DNA of 8,417 nucleotides, from the NCBI GenBank assembly GCA_964591795.1, contig CAZQEL010000027.1:1-8417 (forward strand), in the 5' to 3' direction. The DNA is from an uncultured archaeon (GTDB lineage Archaea > Iainarchaeota > Iainarchaeia > Iainarchaeales > CSSED10-239). The notes under the pieces were generated by a model, which ran no database searches, was not told the DNA's origin, and worked only from the letters and a program-made list of their open reading frames with translations. Positions 6,365 through 8,417 of the stretch are shown piece by piece; positions within the stretch are counted from its first letter, which is position 1, and each line of letters begins with the position of its first letter. The position numbers and the translations under genes were made by a program.

Positions 6365-6652
6365 ATGTTATATAAATACTGTTCAAATTGTTATTCTTTA
6401 AATGTAAAATATATTCCTGCTGAAGGAAAACATCAATGTATGTCTTGTAACCATAAGGGTGAATTTAAAGAAGATTCTATAGAAAAAATAAATAGTTATA
6501 AAAAAAATGGAAGTGCCGTGCTTAATAAAGACGATTTTATTGAATCAAAAGCAATTCTTTCTGAAGATAAAGATAAATTTGATAATGTTGATGATAAAAT
6601 TAAAAAAAAATTTGGTGATAAAGTTAAAAATTCTGATTGGGAACTTTTATAG
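6365..6652 (+). CDS. Small Zn-ribbon protein (CxxC-x15-CxxC) with a charged Lys/Asp-rich tail
   Basis: The ORF track starts at GTG 6344. ATG 6365 is preceded by GTGAT (6357-6361, 3-nt spacer), the same SD-like motif seen before the AI-2E gene, so I prefer it (95 aa, MLYKYCSNCYS...). The four Cys lie in CSNC-x15-CMSC. The rest is hydrophilic and low-complexity (KDDFIESKAILSEDKDKFDNVDDKIKKKFGDK). Confidence 0.6.
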   Translation: MLYKYCSNCYSLNVKYIPAEGKHQCMSCNHKGEFKEDSIEKINSYKKNGSAVLNKDDFIESKAILSEDKDKFDNVDDKIKKKFGDKVKNSDWELL

Positions 6653-6657
6653 TATAA

Positions 6658-6688
6658 AACAAATCAATTTTTTTTGATTGTTATTTTT
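6658..6688. terminator. AT-rich bulged hairpin between the convergent Zn-ribbon and nfo genes (candidate bidirectional terminator)
   Basis: 6658-6667 (AACAAATCAA) pairs with 6674-6682 (TTGATTGTT), with a one-base bulge at 6663 and a T6 loop. It is followed by A then T5 (6684-6688). Two G:C pairs. Confidence 0.35.
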
Positions 6689-6730
6689 AAAAAAATTTAA
6701 TTTTTCATTTAGTTTTGATTTTATTTTTAA

Positions 6731-7582
6731 TTATAAATTTTCATATACTTCTTTTAGAAAAAGAGCATCTTCTACAATTTCAGGAGATTCACAAATAACA
6801 GTGCCTTTTGCATTGTTATTTTTTAAATGAGCTAAAATATCTTTGTAAGGAAAATCTGCTTCTCTAAATGGTAAATGATTTTTTTCTCCTTTTTCAGTAT
6901 ATGCAATTCCAGACATGTGTATGTGCATATCCTTAAACATTTTAGGATAACTTTTTAATTTTTCAAAAAATAACGAAATATTTTTTTTATCTTTAAAAAA
7001 ACCGTTTTCTCTTGCATGTTGATGAGCAAAATCAATTACAGGCATTACAAAATTAGGATGTTTGTCTAAAAAATAAAATATTTCTTCAATTGAACCAACT
7101 TGAGTTTTTTTACCAGTTAGTTCAATTCCAAGTTTTACATTTCCTTTAAATTTATCTTTAATTAAAGAAATTTCATTTGAAATTGTTTCTAAAACTTTTT
7201 TTGGTTCTTCTTTTAGAAAATATCCAATATGACATACAATCACTCTTGCGCCAATTTGTTGTCCTATATTTAATGAATTTAAAATATATTTATGTGAATT
7301 AATAACTTTATGTTCTTCTTTAGCATTTAAGTTTATGAAATATGGTGCATGTATGCTTAAGTTAACGTTACTATTAATTGCATTTGATTTAATAGTTTTA
7401 AGTTTTTCAGGAAGGCTATTTTTTAAATAAACAGATCTTACAAACTCAAGTTCCATTGCAGAAAGTCCAATTTTAGAAACTTTTAAAATAGCATCAGCTG
7501 TTGGATTTTTACTATTTTTTGGAATATTAAGTATTGTGTTTCCAAAACCTGCTGGTCCAAAATTAAGTTTTTCAAATTTCAT
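6731..7582 (-). CDS. nfo: Endonuclease IV (AP endonuclease family 2, xylose isomerase-like TIM barrel), archaeal/Thermotoga-type
   Basis: 283-aa ORF. The N-terminal FGPAG, then AMELEFVRSV, SIHAPYFINL, VCHIGY, GIELTG, IDFAHQHA, HIHMSGIAYTEKGEKNHL and ICESP reproduce the order of the metal-ligand His/Glu/Asp motifs of Endo IV. There is no SD, and no upstream extension is possible because an in-frame TAG lies 3 codons upstream. Confidence 0.8.
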   Translation of the reverse strand: MKFEKLNFGPAGFGNTILNIPKNSKNPTADAILKVSKIGLSAMELEFVRSVYLKNSLPEKLKTIKSNAINSNVNLSIHAPYFINLNAKEEHKVINSHKYILNSLNIGQQIGARVIVCHIGYFLKEEPKKVLETISNEISLIKDKFKGNVKLGIELTGKKTQVGSIEEIFYFLDKHPNFVMPVIDFAHQHARENGFFKDKKNISLFFEKLKSYPKMFKDMHIHMSGIAYTEKGEKNHLPFREADFPYKDILAHLKNNNAKGTVICESPEIVEDALFLKEVYENL

Positions 7583-7617
7583 AATTATCTATTTTTAATA
7601 AATAAAAACATTATACA

Positions 7618-7995
7618 TCAATTATGTTTTCTATAATAACTTATATTACGATTAATAGATTCATCTATTAATTTACTTATAATATCTAAATTTAATTTTT
7701 TATTTTTATTTTTTTTAGCATAATCTTTAAATTTGTAATATAATGTATCTTTTGTATATAATTTAAAAGCAGAAGAAGTAATTATTAAAATAGGTAATTT
7801 GCCTTGAGATTTATAATTATTAATTTTATTTTTTAAATAGTTATTTAAAGATTGCCCTTCATTATTTTTTATATATTTATTTAAATTTTTCATAAAATAA
7901 TATTCTTCTGAAACTACTTTTTGTGATAATAATATATCTCCAAGAGGTTTTGGTTTTTTCTTACCTTTTTTTAAAAAATTAATTCTTTTTATCAT
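7618..7995 (-). CDS. Hypothetical protein, basic, K/N/Y-rich (orphan)
   Basis: 125-aa open frame in DNA so AT-rich that roughly one random codon in ten should be a stop (rough estimate). An SD-like AGGT (plus-strand ACCT at 8004-8007) lies 8 nt before the ATG. The start overlaps the 3' end of the upstream ORF by 17 nt. The TGA stop lies 35 nt before the nfo start. I recognise no family motif. Confidence 0.55.
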   Translation of the reverse strand: MIKRINFLKKGKKKPKPLGDILLSQKVVSEEYYFMKNLNKYIKNNEGQSLNNYLKNKINNYKSQGKLPILIITSSAFKLYTKDTLYYKFKDYAKKNKNKKLNLDIISKLIDESINRNISYYRKHN

Positions 7996-8417
7996 TTAAT
8001 TTTACCTTTTCAATTGCAATTTTAACTGAATGCATAATAATAAGATCTAAATCAACTTGTGATAATTTTAATATAAAATCATTAGAGATTTCTTTAAATT
8101 TTCTTTCTTTTGCATATTTATAAATACTATCATAAATATAACCTTTTTCAAAATTTAAAATATCATTAATTAATTTTGATTTAGCTTTTAAACCATTAAT
8201 TCCTTTAAATTTAGGTTTATTATTAAAAACAAAATCAAATAAATTTTTTTGTTTAATTACATCTTTAATATAATCTTTTAAATTATAAATATTTAATTTT
8301 TTAAAATATTTCTTTTTAAAATATTTTTTACTAAAATATAAATTAAACTTATTAAAAATTAATTTTTTATTATTTATTATTATGTCTTTTTTTATTTTAT
8401 TTTGATAAGTAATTTTT
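7979..8417 (-). CDS. Hypothetical protein, 3' portion only (5' end beyond the window), K/N/F/Y-rich (orphan)
   Basis: Not in the supplied ORF track. I translated it by hand. The minus-strand frame with codons at 8416-8414 ... 7981-7979 has no stop for 146 codons and ends at TAA (plus-strand TTA at 7979-7981). Translation: KITYQNKIKKDIIINNKKLIFNKFNLYFSKKYFKKKYFKKLNIYNLKDYIKDVIKQKNLFDFVFNNKPKFKGINGLKAKSKLINDILNFEKGYIYDSIYKYAKERKFKEISNDFILKLSQVDLDLIIMHSVKIAIEKVKLNDKKN*. The only in-frame Met is 18 codons from the end, so the gene must start outside the window. Confidence 0.55.
   Translation of the reverse strand, partial: KITYQNKIKKDIIINNKKLIFNKFNLYFSKKYFKKKYFKKLNIYNLKDYIKDVIKQKNLFDFVFNNKPKFKGINGLKAKSKLINDILNFEKGYIYDSIYKYAKERKFKEISNDFILKLSQVDLDLIIMHSVKIAIEKVKLNDKKN

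Noticed and set aside
33-6675. Homopolymer runs of 8-10 nt as phase-variation switches: A8 33-40, A9 495-503, T9 1674-1682, A10 3688-3697, A9 6602-6610, T8 6668-6675
   Set aside because: Such runs are the expected background in DNA this AT-rich, with Lys (AAA) and Phe (TTT) heavy coding. All coding ones are in frame in intact ORFs, and nothing singles out any one of them.
2339-7582. A functional 'uracil theme' linking U32 (possible U34 hydroxylase), the uracil permease and Endo IV (AP sites after uracil excision)
   Set aside because: The genes lie on different strands, are separated by terminators and unrelated genes, and each is a common housekeeping family. The thematic link is most likely coincidental.
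7610-7615. Perfect TATAAT (minus strand) 27 nt upstream of the nfo start, as an internal promoter
   Set aside because: TATAAT-like hexamers are everywhere in this sequence, there is no credible -35 partner, and if the organism is archaeal the model does not apply. It remains only a possibility within the operon finding.
1-8417. Alternative genetic code (TGA = Trp as in Mollicutes, or TGA = Gly as in some CPR), suggested by the extreme AT content
   Set aside because: Every Trp I checked in conserved positions is TGG (for example GNWEM in U32, and IWPY and HRWF in the AI-2E protein). No conserved ORF is interrupted by an in-frame TGA under the standard code. TGA sits at the natural ends of the U32 gene and the 125-aa ORF. 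Read-through would add only 6 and 11 codons respectively, so the ends alone are not decisive. However, the absence of internal TGA in an AT-rich genome argues strongly for the standard code.
7618-8417. Reading the overlapping orphan pair as a toxin-antitoxin or defence module
   Set aside because: I could not recognise a toxin, antitoxin, nuclease, ATPase, HEPN or PIN motif. The nearest R-x-H string in ...RNISYYRKHN has 7 residues between R and H, outside the HEPN Rx4-6H spacing. The upstream ORF is at least 146 aa and incomplete. The pair is co-oriented with a housekeeping repair gene, and no mobile-element hallmarks flank it.
1-8417. CRISPR arrays, tRNA/rRNA/ncRNA genes, transposases, integrases, terminal inverted repeats or prophage genes
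   Set aside because: By eye I found no regularly spaced direct repeats and no GC-rich structured stretch of tRNA/rRNA type. No ORF has recombinase or transposase motifs. The ten ORFs and short intergenic spacers account for essentially the whole window. A covariance-model scan (tRNAscan-SE, Infernal/Rfam) would be the formal check.

Overview
Ultra-AT-rich prokaryotic chromosomal segment. Spot counts on a few 60-nt lines give about 22-33% G+C in the conserved genes and about 3-17% in the last 800 nt; I did not compute this for the whole window. The genetic code is standard: every Trp codon I checked is TGG, and all conserved ORFs are intact with TAA/TAG/TGA as stops. Shine-Dalgarno-type motifs (GGAG, AGGT, GTGAT) precede most starts.

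I call ten protein genes, mostly monocistronic and alternating in orientation:
- an ICMT-family membrane methyltransferase
- an AI-2E transporter
- an orphan polytopic membrane protein with a poly-lysine tail
- a U32-family protein with a four-Cys (Fe-S type) motif
- an NCS2 nucleobase permease (UraA/PyrP-like, with altered binding-site residues)
- a long-form CofE/F420-ligase-fold protein
- a small Zn-ribbon protein
- an archaeal/Thermotoga-type endonuclease IV
- two orphan K/N/Y-rich ORFs upstream of endonuclease IV; the distal one runs off the right edge and is missing from the supplied ORF track

There is one clear hairpin+T9 terminator, plus several weak AT-only hairpins and an (ATT)7 microsatellite. 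I saw no rRNA/tRNA-like GC-rich structured stretch, no CRISPR array, no transposase or integrase, and no recognisable defence gene.

The gene content (FGPAG-type Endo IV, TFB-like Zn-ribbon spacing, CofE fold) leans towards a small-genome archaeon such as a DPANN lineage, but that is inference only. I do not see a compelling novel multi-gene system. The best follow-up candidates are the orphan-orphan-nfo unit at 6731-8417 and the stand-alone long CofE-like enzyme.
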